Source of the DNA: Acidobacteriota bacterium
Lineage (GTDB): Bacteria; Acidobacteriota; UBA890; WLXD01
Assembly (NCBI GenBank): GCA_965248695.1
Contig: CBDFKD010000002.1
Span: forward strand, 5,312,001-5,376,000
Direction of reading: 5' to 3'
Length of the DNA stretch: 64,000 bases
Shown: positions 1-10,287 of the stretch, in pieces
How the letters are laid out: every line of letters begins with the position of its first letter
Position numbering within the stretch: the first letter of the stretch is position 1
Position numbers and translations under genes: made by a program
The notes under the pieces: generated by a model
The model's database searches: none
Seen by the model: the letters and a program-made list of their open reading frames with translations, nothing else
What the model was told of the DNA's origin: nothing

Positions 1-2
1 GG

Positions 3-440
3 GTAGTCGACGCAGTGCGCATCGCCCACGCGGCACAGGCAGTCGGAATCGCGGCGAGCGCGCTCGATGCGGCTCTCGCTCACGTGACATCCACCGCCGT
101 TGCTGGCGAGCTCCCGGAGCAGCCGCAATCGGTGCAGTGGATGCTGGCGGATATCGCTACCGAAACCGAGGCCGCCCGCCTGTTGCTTTGGCACGCCGCA
201 CTGGATCTCGACGCCGGCGAAGGCCGCCAAGCCGCCGCAATGTGCCGCCTGCTGGGGGCCGAGGCCGCCGTCGCAGCCACCCGCCGAGCAGTGCAGATCG
301 CGGGCGAGGGCGGCACCCTGCGCACGTCGATTCTCGAGCGTCTGTACCGCGATGCGAAAGTCATGGAAGTGCTGGGCGGTACCAACGAGCAGCAGCTCAG
401 CGTCATCGCCGACGGGCTGCTGCCTGAGCTCACGCGCTAG
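3..440 (+). CDS. acyl-CoA dehydrogenase, C-terminal part (5' truncated by window)
   Basis: ACAD C-terminal motifs (QSVQWMLADIATE, AVQIAG..G, LERLYRDAKVMEVLGGTNEQQ); frame is open to the window edge. Confidence 0.85.
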   Translation, partial: VVDAVRIAHAAQAVGIAASALDAALAHVTSTAVAGELPEQPQSVQWMLADIATETEAARLLLWHAALDLDAGEGRQAAAMCRLLGAEAAVAATRRAVQIAGEGGTLRTSILERLYRDAKVMEVLGGTNEQQLSVIADGLLPELTR

Positions 441-491
441 CAAGCCGCCTCGATGACTTGTGCCGATCTCCCCCGATAGGACTCTAGGCTC

Positions 492-1652
492 ATGGACTGG
501 CGACTGACGCCGGATCAACGGCTGATTCGGCAGACGGTACGCGAGTTCGTCGACGCCGAGGTGGTGCCAGCCGCGGGGGAGTGGGACCGGCAAAAGAGCT
601 TCCCGGCGGCGGCATTCGAGCAGCTCGGCGCGCTTGGCCTATTCGGCATGATCGTGCCCACAGAATGGGGCGGCGCCGGACTCGACGGTACCGCGTACTG
701 TCTCGCGCTCGAGGAACTCGCGCGTGGCGACGCTTCGACATGCGTGGCTGTCAGCGTTACCAACTCCGTCTACTGCGCGCCGATAAACAAGTTCGGCAAT
801 GACGAGCAGCGGGAGCGCTGGCTGGGCCCGTGCGCCGCCGGCGAGTGGCTCGGGGCGTTCTGCCTCTCGGAGCCCGAAACCGGCTCCGATGCCGGTGCGA
901 TCAGCACACGCGCTGAAGCGCGCGGCGACGACTACGTCCTCAACGGGGCCAAAGCGTGGATCACCAGCGGCGCTGTTTGCGGCGCCATGCTGGTGTTCGC
1001 CGTTACCGATCCGCAGTCCAAACGGCGTCGGGTCTCCGCCTTCATCGTGCCTCGCGATCATCCCGGAGTGGAGGTGCTTCCCGAGGAAGACAAGCTGGGC
1101 TTGCGCTCCTCGCGTACCAACCAGGTGCTCTTTCGCGAGGTCGTCTTGCCTACGTCGCACCGGCTCGGCGACGAAGGAGCCGGGCTGCGCATCGCACTCG
1201 ACAGCCTCGATGGTGGCCGTGCCGGTATCGCGGCACAGGCCGTCGGTATTGCCCAGGGAGCGTTCGATGCCGCCCGTGATTACCTTCTGGAACGTGAGGC
1301 CTTCGGTCGACCGCTGGCGCAATTCGAAGGATTGCGGCACCAACTCGCGCGCATGGCAACCGAGATCCGCGCCGGACGACTGCTGTACCTCCGCGCCGCG
1401 GCGCTGCGCGACGAAGGTGAGCGCAATACCAAGTCGGCGGCTATCGCCAAGCTCTACGCCAGCGAAGCAGCGAATCGCACCGCCTATCAAGCGATGCAGA
1501 TGCACGGGGGCTACGGGTACGTGGCGGACTATCCCGTCGAGCGGTTCTATCGTGACGCCCGGGTGACGACCATCTACGAGGGAACCTCGGAGATTCAGCG
1601 GCTCGTGGTGGCGCGAGCGTTGCTCGGCGAGGCGTCGGCCAGCCTCTCGTGA
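492..1652 (+). CDS. acyl-CoA dehydrogenase (short/branched-chain type)
   Basis: [63 protein letters not shown]. Confidence 0.95.
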   Translation: MDWRLTPDQRLIRQTVREFVDAEVVPAAGEWDRQKSFPAAAFEQLGALGLFGMIVPTEWGGAGLDGTAYCLALEELARGDASTCVAVSVTNSVYCAPINKFGNDEQRERWLGPCAAGEWLGAFCLSEPETGSDAGAISTRAEARGDDYVLNGAKAWITSGAVCGAMLVFAVTDPQSKRRRVSAFIVPRDHPGVEVLPEEDKLGLRSSRTNQVLFREVVLPTSHRLGDEGAGLRIALDSLDGGRAGIAAQAVGIAQGAFDAARDYLLEREAFGRPLAQFEGLRHQLARMATEIRAGRLLYLRAAALRDEGERNTKSAAIAKLYASEAANRTAYQAMQMHGGYGYVADYPVERFYRDARVTTIYEGTSEIQRLVVARALLGEASASLS

Positions 1653-1831
1653 AGGGCGAATGTGTAGTCCAATTCTGAGGTGTGTGGGATACTCGGGCCT
1701 TCGGGCGCGCGTGCTGGGCACGTCGGCTGGGAAGAAGATTCGCGGGTGGGCGAACCAACGGTCTGGGCGAGCTTCGTCGACCGGAATCGCCGTGTTCATC
1801 TTGGATCAGGTGAGAACAGAAAGAGGCGATT

Positions 1832-2167
1832 GTGAGCGATAACACCGTCGAACTGACGACCGACAACTTCGAGAGTGAAGTGCTGGAGAGTGACATCCCG
1901 GTGCTGGTCGACTTCTGGGCCGTGTGGTGCGCGCCCTGCCGAATGATCGCACCCGTGGTGGAAGAGCTCGCCAGTTCGTACTCCGGCAAGATCAAAGTCG
2001 GCAAGCTGAATGTCGACGATCACGGTGACGTTGCGACGCGGTTCAATGTGCGTGGGATTCCCACCCTGCTCCTGTTCCACGAGGGCCAGGTTCAGGATCA
2101 GATGGTCGGCGCCGGATCGCGCGACAGCATCGTGGGAATGCTCGACAAGGTGACCGCCGTAGCGTAG
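1832..2167 (+). CDS. trxA: thioredoxin
   Basis: VLVDFWAVWCAPC, VRGIPTL; purine-rich SD before the GTG start. Confidence 0.95.
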   Translation: MSDNTVELTTDNFESEVLESDIPVLVDFWAVWCAPCRMIAPVVEELASSYSGKIKVGKLNVDDHGDVATRFNVRGIPTLLLFHEGQVQDQMVGAGSRDSIVGMLDKVTAVA

Positions 2168-2182
2168 ACGTCCTTGGTGAAC

Positions 2183-2701
2183 ATGCGGGTTGATATCGCC
2201 AGCCTGGAGGACGGCCCACTTCGGTTCGCCGGAACCACGGCGGCACCGCGTGAGGTGCGGGTCGCGGGCGACCCCAGCCTCACCGCCCCGATAGCCTTCG
2301 GCGCTTCCGTGGAGCTCGACGGCGATGCCGTGCGGGTCACCGGATGGCTCCATTCCACCGTTAGATTGCCTTGCTCACGCTGTCTGGAGTCAACTACTCT
2401 GAGCGTCGAGCGCGTGCTGGAACTGGTGTTTCGATCCGCCTCAAACGCCCCGGAATCAGGGGCTACCGAGCTTGACGCCCGGCAGCTCGACATCGATTAT
2501 TACGCGGGTAACACCTTGGATCTGAGGTCTGTGCTGGCCGAGCAGGTGCTGCTCGCCTTGCCAATGAAGCCACTCTGTAGCGAGAACTGTGAGGGGCTCT
2601 GTCCACAATGCGGCGCCAACCGCCGCGGGCAGGCGTGTGAGTGCCAGCCTGACGTTGATCCACGACTGTCACCGTTGGCCGCGTTGCGGGATCGTCAATA
2701 A
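2183..2701 (+). CDS. yceD: DUF177/YceD family protein
   Basis: CSRCL, PMKPLCSENCEGLCPQCG, DPRL; lies directly upstream of rpmF; start could also be 2174 or 2177. Confidence 0.9.
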   Translation: MRVDIASLEDGPLRFAGTTAAPREVRVAGDPSLTAPIAFGASVELDGDAVRVTGWLHSTVRLPCSRCLESTTLSVERVLELVFRSASNAPESGATELDARQLDIDYYAGNTLDLRSVLAEQVLLALPMKPLCSENCEGLCPQCGANRRGQACECQPDVDPRLSPLAALRDRQ

Positions 2702-2761
2702 ACGCTCCGCGCGGCGGATGCGTTAAGCCGCGCTGCCGGCGCCAAAACCGAGGAAACGATC

Positions 2762-2947
2762 TTGGCACTTCCCAAGCGACGACATTCGCGTACGCGTCGC
2801 GACAAGCGGCGCACACACGACGCCCTACGACGACCGGCGCAGTCCCTGTGCCCGGAGTGTGGCCGAGCCAAACAACCACATCGGGCCTGCGCTCACTGCG
2901 GTACCTACCGTGGCCGACAGGTGGTCTCGTCCCGCGACGACGGCTGA
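2762..2947 (+). CDS. rpmF: 50S ribosomal protein L32 (Zn-ribbon type)
   Basis: MALPKRRHSRTRRDKRR, CPECG...HRACAHCGTY; GAGGA SD before the TTG start. Confidence 0.95.
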   Translation: MALPKRRHSRTRRDKRRTHDALRRPAQSLCPECGRAKQPHRACAHCGTYRGRQVVSSRDDG

Positions 2948-3013
2948 GTCCAGTCCGTTTCTCGCGTACGAACCTGAGAACCTGATGTCCAGGGCTCTGC
3001 CTGCGGAGGTCGC

Positions 3014-4042
3014 TTGAGGATCGCCGTCGATGCGATGGGCGGAGATCACGCACCAGAACACCCGGTCAACGGTGCTGTGATGGCTGCCTGTGATCTCGGA
3101 ATCGAGATTGCGCTAGTTGGCAACGACGCCGTGATCGCACCTGCGCTGGCGCGGCACGGGTATCCCGCCGGTGTTGAGATCGTCCACGCCGAGCAGGCGA
3201 TTGCGATGGATGAGTCGCCGGCAGTGGCCGTTCGGCGCAAGCGTCACTCATCCATCCACGAGGCCGCACGGCTCCTTCGCCGGGGCGAAGTGCAGGGGCT
3301 GGTTTCAGCCGGAAACACCGGTGCGGTCATGGCAGTGGCAAAGGTGATCGTCGGAACGCTGGAGGGCATCGATCGCCCGGCGTTGGCGGTTGTGCTACCG
3401 ACCCAGACCGGTCGTGCGGTGGTGCTGGACGTTGGTGCGAATGTCGAGCCCAAGAGCGGGCAACTGGTGCAGTTCGCGGTGATGGGGACCCATTTCGCCA
3501 GCGAGATCCTGGACATCGACCGACCCCGCGTTGCGCTGCTATCCATCGGCGAGGAAGCGGGCAAGGGTAACGAGTTGGTGAGAACCGCGCACGGCACGCT
3601 GCAGGGCTCCGGCCTGAACTTCATCGGCAACGTCGAAGCAAGTGACCTCTATCGCGGCGGTGCCGATGTCGTGGTGTGCGACGGGTTCACGGGGAACATC
3701 TTGCTGAAAACCAGTGAGGCCGCCGTCGAGACCCTGCGGTTCCTCATGCGAGCCGAATTCACGCGGACCTGGGGCGGCCGCCTTGCTGCCCTGTTAGGTC
3801 GCGGCGCCTTCCAGCGTTTGCGTGGCAGGGTCGACTACGCCGAGTTCGGCGGGGCGCCGCTGCTCGGTCTCCGGGGTCTGGGGGTCATCTGCCACGGGCG
3901 CTCCAATCCGCGCGCCATCCGCAACGGTATTCGGATAGCCCTCGAATACAGCCAACACGGCGTGAATCAACGGATCGAGAACGCGCTCGCGGGGATGGAT
4001 GCCGTTCCCACCGTCACCGCTGACGAGATCTCGGGCCAATGA
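3014..4042 (+). CDS. plsX: phosphate acyltransferase PlsX
   Basis: RIAVDAMGGDHAP, SAGNTGA, DVVVCDGFTGN, GGAPLLG, HGRS. Confidence 0.95.
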   Translation: MRIAVDAMGGDHAPEHPVNGAVMAACDLGIEIALVGNDAVIAPALARHGYPAGVEIVHAEQAIAMDESPAVAVRRKRHSSIHEAARLLRRGEVQGLVSAGNTGAVMAVAKVIVGTLEGIDRPALAVVLPTQTGRAVVLDVGANVEPKSGQLVQFAVMGTHFASEILDIDRPRVALLSIGEEAGKGNELVRTAHGTLQGSGLNFIGNVEASDLYRGGADVVVCDGFTGNILLKTSEAAVETLRFLMRAEFTRTWGGRLAALLGRGAFQRLRGRVDYAEFGGAPLLGLRGLGVICHGRSNPRAIRNGIRIALEYSQHGVNQRIENALAGMDAVPTVTADEISGQ

Positions 4043-4995
4043 CGGACGCCGCGGCGGTTGCGTTCCTGTTTCCGGGCCAGGGCTCACAGTTCGTGGGCAT
4101 GGGAAAGGAGGCTCATGACATTTTTCCGGAGGCCGCAGCGGCATTCGCGGAGGCCGATGAGGCGCTGGGGTTCCAGCTGTCGGAGCTCTGCTTTGCCGGC
4201 GACGCAGACGAGCTTCGCCGCACCGAGAACACACAACCCGCAATCCTGACGGTGAGCACGGCCCTGCATCGGGTGTTGACCGCCCGGGGCGTCGCGGCAG
4301 ATTCGATGGCGGGACACTCGCTGGGTCAATACAGCGCCTTGGTGGCCGCCGGCAGCCTGGAGCTGGCCGATGCGGTACGCCTGGTCCGGGATCGAGGTCG
4401 GTACATGCAAGAGGCGGTGCCGGCCGGAGAGGGCGCCATGGCCGCGGTCCTGGGCCTGGCTGACGACGCGGTGATCGCCGCCTGCGCTGAGGCAGGGCGT
4501 GATGCCGAACCGGTCGAGCCGGCCAACTTCAACTCGCCCGGCCAGGTGGTCATCGCCGGCGCAACGACGGCTGTCCATCGCGCCATCGAGATCGCCAAGG
4601 TAGCCGGCGCCCGTCGGGCGATGCTGCTGGACGTATCCGCGCCCTTTCATTGCTCGTTGATGGCGCCTGCCCAGGAACGACTCGAAGTCGACTTGGGCGC
4701 CGTCGCGTTGCGGACGCCCAACGTGCCGGTGGTCTGCAACGTGGACGCCGTGCCGCTCGCCACCTCCGATCAGGTACGCCAGGCCCTGGTCCGGCAGGTC
4801 ACGGCGCCGGTTCGCTGGGTGGATAATCTGCGTTGGCTCGAAGGCGCCGGGACATCCACCTACGTCGAGGTCGGCCCAGGTAAAGTACTGGTGGGCCTCG
4901 CGAAGCGAACGCTGGACGGACCCCGGACCTGCGCGGTCCAGGCGCCGGCCGACGTGGACGCGCTGCTCGCCCTGGTCGCGCCTGGCGAATCGTAG
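4039..4995 (+). CDS. fabD: malonyl-CoA:ACP transacylase
   Basis: FLFPGQGSQ, TQPAI, GHSLG, ANFNSPGQVVIAG, VSAPFH. Confidence 0.95.
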   Translation: MTDAAAVAFLFPGQGSQFVGMGKEAHDIFPEAAAAFAEADEALGFQLSELCFAGDADELRRTENTQPAILTVSTALHRVLTARGVAADSMAGHSLGQYSALVAAGSLELADAVRLVRDRGRYMQEAVPAGEGAMAAVLGLADDAVIAACAEAGRDAEPVEPANFNSPGQVVIAGATTAVHRAIEIAKVAGARRAMLLDVSAPFHCSLMAPAQERLEVDLGAVALRTPNVPVVCNVDAVPLATSDQVRQALVRQVTAPVRWVDNLRWLEGAGTSTYVEVGPGKVLVGLAKRTLDGPRTCAVQAPADVDALLALVAPGES

Positions 4996-5031
4996 GGCTT
5001 TGCCCATAACCCCGAATCAGACGGAGGCACG

Positions 5032-5778
5032 GTGTCCGCCAGCTTTCAGGATCAGGTCAGCATCGTCACTGGCGGTTCGCGTGGCATCGGACGTGCGATC
5101 GCCACTCGACTCGCTCGCCAGGGCAGTCACCTGGCGATCGGAGCACGGACAGCAGCCGCCTGCGAGGCGGTAGCCGAGGAAATCCGGACGCACGGCGTAG
5201 AGGTTCTTCCCCTGGAGATGGATGTCGGCGATGCCGCCTCCGTGGCGGCCGCTGCCAGCGCGGTCCAAGAGCACTTCGGGAAGATCGACAACCTGGTGAA
5301 CAACGCCGGGATCACACGTGACAATCTCCTCCTCAGACTCAAGGACGATGCCTGGGACGACGTGCTCCGGACCGACCTGACGGGCGTCTTTCTGTGCTCT
5401 CGCGCCGTGCTAAGATCGATGCTTCGCCAGCGACGGGGAAGGATCGTTTCGATCAGCTCGGTCGTCGGGCTGCTCGGCAATCCCGGCCAAACGAACTACG
5501 CTGCCGCCAAAGCCGGAGTGCACGGATTCACCAAAGCACTCGCGCGCGAGGTGGCGTCGCGCGGCATCACGGTGAACGCTGTGGCTCCGGGCTATGTCGA
5601 AACGGACATGACGCGCGACCTGCCCGAGGAGGCCAAGCGGCACCTACAGGAACAGATCCCGCTCAGTCGGCTGGGAACCGGTGATGATGTCGCCGGGGCC
5701 GTGAGCTTCCTGCTGTCCGAAGACGCAAGCTACATCACCGGTCAGGTGATCAGCGTCGACGGCGGCATGTATATGTAA
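5032..5778 (+). CDS. fabG: 3-oxoacyl-ACP reductase
   Basis: TGGSRGIG, NNAGITRD, NYAAAKAG, VDGGM. Confidence 0.95.
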   Translation: MSASFQDQVSIVTGGSRGIGRAIATRLARQGSHLAIGARTAAACEAVAEEIRTHGVEVLPLEMDVGDAASVAAAASAVQEHFGKIDNLVNNAGITRDNLLLRLKDDAWDDVLRTDLTGVFLCSRAVLRSMLRQRRGRIVSISSVVGLLGNPGQTNYAAAKAGVHGFTKALAREVASRGITVNAVAPGYVETDMTRDLPEEAKRHLQEQIPLSRLGTGDDVAGAVSFLLSEDASYITGQVISVDGGMYM

Positions 5779-5859
5779 TCCCAGAATTCCGAGCCACGGG
5801 CGCCTGCCACGGCAAGCGCCGCCAAGCGTAACTGCAACCCGCTGTGCTGGAGGAAGGGC

Positions 5860-6093
5860 ATGGACATCGAAGCAAAGGTCAAGGAGATCATCGTCGAGCA
5901 GCTCGGTGTAGATGCCGAGGAGGTCACTACCGGCGCCTCGTTCATCGAGGATCTCGGTGCGGACTCGCTGGACACGGTGGAGCTCGTGATGGCGTTGGAA
6001 GAGGAATTCGACCTGGAGATTCCGGACGAGGACGCCGAGAAGATCGCCAAGGTCCAAGACGCCGTCAGTTACATTCAGAGCAAGAGCAACTAG
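5860..6093 (+). CDS. acpP: acyl carrier protein
   Basis: [20 protein letters not shown]. Confidence 0.97.
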   Translation: MDIEAKVKEIIVEQLGVDAEEVTTGASFIEDLGADSLDTVELVMALEEEFDLEIPDEDAEKIAKVQDAVSYIQSKSN

Positions 6094-6121
6094 CGGTTTA
6101 ACGGCGGGACTGGGGGAGCTG

Positions 6122-7360
6122 ATGGATCGCCGCGTCGTGGTTACGGGCGTCGGAATGATCACACCGGTCGGGTTGACCACCGACGCTACATGGGACGCCT
6201 TGCTCGAGGGGCGTAGCGGTGTGGGCCCGATCACCAAGTTCGATGCCGACGACTATGCCGTGCGGATCGCGGGCGAGGTGCGCGACCTGGATGCCACCGA
6301 CTTCGTGCCGAAGAAAGACCTGAAGAAGATGGACCTGCATATCGTCTACGCGCTGGCGGCAACCGCTGACGCATGGTCGATGTCGGACGTCGATGGGGCC
6401 TATGCGCCGGAGAGGATCGGCACCATCATCGGGTCGGGAATCGGCGGTCTGAACATCATGCAGAAGTTCCATGAGGTGCAACTGCGCCGCGGCCCCGGAA
6501 GAGTCAGTCCGTTCTTCATACCGGCGCTGATCGTGAACCTCGCCTCCGGATGGGTGTCGATGCGATACGGACTCAAAGGGCCGAACTCATCCGTGTGCAC
6601 CGCCTGTTCGACCGGCAACCATGCCATCGGCGACGCCTTCCGGGTGATCGCGCGTGGCGAGGCCGAGGCCATGGTTTGCGGCGGCACCGAGGGTGTCATT
6701 TGCTCCCTGGCGATCGACGGGTTCAGTGCCATGCGGGCGTTGTCGATGCGCAATGACGACCCCGTGCGCGCCAGTCGCCCGTTCGACTCCGACCGCGATG
6801 GCTTCGTTCTCGGCGAAGGAGCGGGCATCCTGGTGCTCGAAGCGGAGGAGAGCGCCACAGAGAGAGGGGCAACGGTGCTCGCAGAGATCGTAGGCTACGG
6901 CATGACCGCAGACGCCTACCACATCTCTGCGCCGCCCGAGGATGGCGACGGGGCGGTACGGGTCATGCGCGCAGCTCTCGACGATGCTGGCATCGAGCCG
7001 AGTGCCATCGGCTACGTGAACGCCCACGGCACCTCGACACCGGTGGGCGATTCGGCCGAGGTGAAATCGATCAAGACCGTCTTCGGCGACCACGCGAACG
7101 AGCTCGCGGTGTCCTCGACCAAGTCGATGATGGGCCACTTGCTCGGCGCCGCGGGCGGTGTCGAAGCCGGGATCACCGTCATGGCCTTGCGCAGCGGACA
7201 GCTGCCCCCGACGATCAACTACGAGAATCCTGATCCCGACTGTGACCTCGATTTCGTTCCCAACGAGACGCGGGCCCTCGGCTTCGACTACGGGCTCTCG
7301 AACTCGTTCGGATTCGGTGGGACGAACGCAGCCTTGATCTTCAAGCGCTACGCCGCCTGA
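6122..7360 (+). CDS. fabF: beta-ketoacyl-ACP synthase II
   Basis: TACSTG, NAHGTST, KSMMGHLLGAAG, SNSFGFGGTN. Confidence 0.96.
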   Translation: MDRRVVVTGVGMITPVGLTTDATWDALLEGRSGVGPITKFDADDYAVRIAGEVRDLDATDFVPKKDLKKMDLHIVYALAATADAWSMSDVDGAYAPERIGTIIGSGIGGLNIMQKFHEVQLRRGPGRVSPFFIPALIVNLASGWVSMRYGLKGPNSSVCTACSTGNHAIGDAFRVIARGEAEAMVCGGTEGVICSLAIDGFSAMRALSMRNDDPVRASRPFDSDRDGFVLGEGAGILVLEAEESATERGATVLAEIVGYGMTADAYHISAPPEDGDGAVRVMRAALDDAGIEPSAIGYVNAHGTSTPVGDSAEVKSIKTVFGDHANELAVSSTKSMMGHLLGAAGGVEAGITVMALRSGQLPPTINYENPDPDCDLDFVPNETRALGFDYGLSNSFGFGGTNAALIFKRYAA

Positions 7361-7397
7361 ACGGCGTCGCCACGACCATTCAGCCGAGCGCGGAGCA

Positions 7398-8873
7398 ATG
7401 GCCGAAGCCGACCTGCTGGAGTCTCGACGCCAGAAGCTCGCAGCGCTCGAGGCCACGGGTCTCAACGTATTTCCGGCGCGGTTTCCAGTCGATGGGACGC
7501 TGCAACAACTGCGTGCCACGCACGAAGGCGCCACCGGGGAGCAACTCCAGGAGACGCCACCGGCGGTACGAGTCGCCGGTCGGCTAGTCGGGGTCCGGGA
7601 GCACGGCAAATCGGCATTCGGCGACATCGATGACGGCAGCGCCAGACTTCAATGCCATGCGCGACAGAAGGTGTTGGGTGAGGAACGCTTCGGCGCCTGG
7701 TCAGATCTGGACCTGGGCGACTTCGTTGGCATAGAGGGGGTGCTGTTCCGCACCCGCACCGGAGAGCTGACGGTGCGCGTTGACAGCTACCGTCTGCTGT
7801 CCAAGGCGCTCCGGCCGATGCCGGAGAAATGGCATGGCCTGCGCGACAACGAAGTCCGCTACCGGCAGCGCTACCTCGACCTGCTGGCGAATCCGGCCGT
7901 GCGCGCCGTATTCGTGCGCCGAGCCGAGATCGTGCGCGCCTTGCGATCGCATCTCGATTCCAACGGCTTCCTGGAAGTCGAGACGCCCACTCTGCAACCG
8001 CTGTACGGCGGCGCCACGGCGCGGCCATTCGAGACGCATCACAACACGCTCGATATGGATCTCTACCTCCGAATCGCGCCGGAGCTGTACCTCAAACGTC
8101 TGCTCGTGGGCGGACTGCAGCGCGTCTACGACCTGAATCGGAACTTCCGCAACGAAGGGATCTCGAGACAGCACAATCCCGAGTTCACGATGCTCGAGTT
8201 TTACGCCGCGTATTGGGACTACGAACGGATGATGGAGTACGCCGAGGATCTGCTCAGCGCGGCGCTGGGCGACGGCACCGGGGACACCCGCGTCTCCTAT
8301 CAGGGGCACGAGATCTCGCTGCGTCGTCCATGGGCCCGGATGCCGCTACGGCAGGCTCTGCTGGATATCGGCGAGCTCGCCGTAGCGCTGGTCGATGACG
8401 CGGCCGAGCTTGCCGACTGGTTGCAGGCCCAAAACGTGTCGACGGCGGGGTTGGGCCTCGGGGGACTGCGTGAGGCGGCATTCGACAAGGCGGTGAAACC
8501 GAAGGTCAGTTCGCCCCTATTCGTCATCGACTACCCGTTGGAAATCTCGCCGCTGTCGAAGGCGCGGCCGGAGAACCCCGATGAGGTCGAACGCTTCGAG
8601 CTGTTCATCGGCGGCATGGAGGTGGCCAACGGCTACTCTGAGCTCAACGATCCGCGCGAGCAACGCCGTCGCATGCAGGAGCAGGTTGATGGGCGAGGCG
8701 CAGCCGGGGAGGTACCACCGTCCGTCGACACCGATTACATCACGGCGCTCGAACACGGTATGCCCCCGGCAGCAGGTATCGGCATTGGTGTCGATCGCCT
8801 CGTAATGCTTGCTACCGACTCGTCTACGATCCGGGACGTAATCCTATTCCCACTATTACGCCAGAAAGACTAA
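7398..8873 (+). CDS. lysS: lysyl-tRNA synthetase (class II)
   Basis: PEKWHGL, RYRQRYLDL, YLRIAPELYLKRL, FRNEG..HNPEFT, GIGVDRLVML, IRDVILFP. Confidence 0.96.
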   Translation: MAEADLLESRRQKLAALEATGLNVFPARFPVDGTLQQLRATHEGATGEQLQETPPAVRVAGRLVGVREHGKSAFGDIDDGSARLQCHARQKVLGEERFGAWSDLDLGDFVGIEGVLFRTRTGELTVRVDSYRLLSKALRPMPEKWHGLRDNEVRYRQRYLDLLANPAVRAVFVRRAEIVRALRSHLDSNGFLEVETPTLQPLYGGATARPFETHHNTLDMDLYLRIAPELYLKRLLVGGLQRVYDLNRNFRNEGISRQHNPEFTMLEFYAAYWDYERMMEYAEDLLSAALGDGTGDTRVSYQGHEISLRRPWARMPLRQALLDIGELAVALVDDAAELADWLQAQNVSTAGLGLGGLREAAFDKAVKPKVSSPLFVIDYPLEISPLSKARPENPDEVERFELFIGGMEVANGYSELNDPREQRRRMQEQVDGRGAAGEVPPSVDTDYITALEHGMPPAAGIGIGVDRLVMLATDSSTIRDVILFPLLRQKD

Positions 8874-8930
8874 CCAGATTCATTAAAAGTCACCATTAGT
8901 TAGGCATGGCTTTTTCAGTCCGCTCCTGAC

Positions 8931-8939
8931 TGCTATAGT
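8931..8939 (+). promoter_or_regulatory. extended -10 promoter element upstream of lolC
   Basis: TGCTATAGT in an AT-rich intergenic stretch about 70 nt before lolC. Confidence 0.45.
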
Positions 8940-9007
8940 CTACGTGGAGTCTGCGGTAGCAGACCGGCCGGGGCGTTGATCTCGGTTAGGCACTCTACGA
9001 GGGCAAA

Positions 9008-10285
9008 ATGCGGGAGAGCGGACCCCGATGGCCGGCGAAGCGATTCCAGCTGTACATCGCGCTGCGCTACTTCAAGGCGCGCCGCCAGCAGGCGTTCACT
9101 TCAATCGTGAGCGTTGTCTCCGTCCTGGGCGTGATTGTCGGTGTGGCAGCGCTGATCATCGCGCTGGCGCTGCTCACGGGGTTTCAAGAAGACATCCAGG
9201 ACAAGATCATCGGCGCCAACGCGCACGTCTTCGTGCAGCCGTTCGGCCCGTACCTCGACGACCACGTGATGGTCGTCGAGACGGCGCGCGAAGTCAGCGG
9301 CGTGGTGGATGCCGCACCGGCCTTGCTGACCCCCGGACTGATGGAGGGGCGCTCGCAAACACCGCAGTTCGTCAATCTGAAAGGGATCGATCCGCGCGGC
9401 GAGGCGCGTACCACGCGCCTGCTCGACCGTATGGTGAAGGGGAGTGCCGAAGGCCTCGCGCCTCGCAGCCCGACCTCGACGAGTCGCGACGGCGTGGTCT
9501 TGGGGAGCGATCTGGCCGCCAGCCTGTTCGTCGACGTCGGCGATCAGGTGAAGGTCAGCGTGCATTCGAGCGGCATGATCACTCCGTTCGGCGGCAGCGG
9601 AGGGATCAAGATCACCCGCTTCGACGTTGTGGGCATCTTCGAAGCCGGCATGTACGAGTACGACAACACCTGGGCCCTGATTCCGCTTCAAACAGCTCAG
9701 CGCATGATCGAGTCGGGGGATGGAGTCACGCTGGTGCAGGTACGCGTCGAGGACGCGTTCAACACCGCACCGGTGGTCGAGGAGCTCGGCGACCGGCTCG
9801 GCGAAGGCTATTTCTTGATGGACTGGCAGAGCATGAACCGGGCCTATTTCGCGGCTCTGAAGCTCGAGAAGCTCGCTCTCTTCGTGACCATCAGCCTGAT
9901 CACCGCCGTAGCGGCACTCAACATCGCCGCCACGCTGGTCCTCATGATCAAGGACAAGCAACGCGATATCGGGATCCTGATGGCCCTGGGTACCACCCGG
10001 CGTCAGATCCTCCAGGTCTTCATGATCCAGGGTCTCGCCATCGGCTTGATCGGCACGTTGATCGGCTGCGTCGTCGGCGTGACCGCCGCCGTAGCGCTCG
10101 ATTACTACGAGCTCATCCGGCTGGAAGCGCAGGTTTACTACCTGGCGTACCTGCCGTTCCACGTACGGTCCGTCGACCTGGCGCGAGTGTGCGTCGTAGC
10201 CGTGCTCATCTCGTTCGCGGCGACGCTCTACCCGGCGCGCCGCGCCTCACGACTCGATCCTGTCGTCTCGCTCCGATACGAATAG
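9008..10285 (+). CDS. lolC: lipoprotein-releasing ABC transporter permease LolC/E
   Basis: IALRYF, GVAALII, DWQSMN, VAALNI, IGILMALG, YPARRASRLDP..LRYE. Confidence 0.92.
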   Translation: MRESGPRWPAKRFQLYIALRYFKARRQQAFTSIVSVVSVLGVIVGVAALIIALALLTGFQEDIQDKIIGANAHVFVQPFGPYLDDHVMVVETAREVSGVVDAAPALLTPGLMEGRSQTPQFVNLKGIDPRGEARTTRLLDRMVKGSAEGLAPRSPTSTSRDGVVLGSDLAASLFVDVGDQVKVSVHSSGMITPFGGSGGIKITRFDVVGIFEAGMYEYDNTWALIPLQTAQRMIESGDGVTLVQVRVEDAFNTAPVVEELGDRLGEGYFLMDWQSMNRAYFAALKLEKLALFVTISLITAVAALNIAATLVLMIKDKQRDIGILMALGTTRRQILQVFMIQGLAIGLIGTLIGCVVGVTAAVALDYYELIRLEAQVYYLAYLPFHVRSVDLARVCVVAVLISFAATLYPARRASRLDPVVSLRYE

Positions 10286-10287
10286 CC

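Noticed and set aside
8986-9007. TTAGGCACTC-TAC-GAGGGCAAA resembling a CIRCE (HrcA) operator upstream of the operon containing clpC
   Set aside because: The spacer is 3 nt rather than 9 and both arms deviate from TTAGCACTC-N9-GAGTGCTAA.
9028-10287. 655-aa ORF that seems to fuse a long N-terminal region to LolD
   Set aside because: The upstream part is the -1 frame of lolC, open only because T is rare at third codon positions. It is Arg/Pro/Gly-rich and not protein-like, and lolD has its own ATG at 10288.
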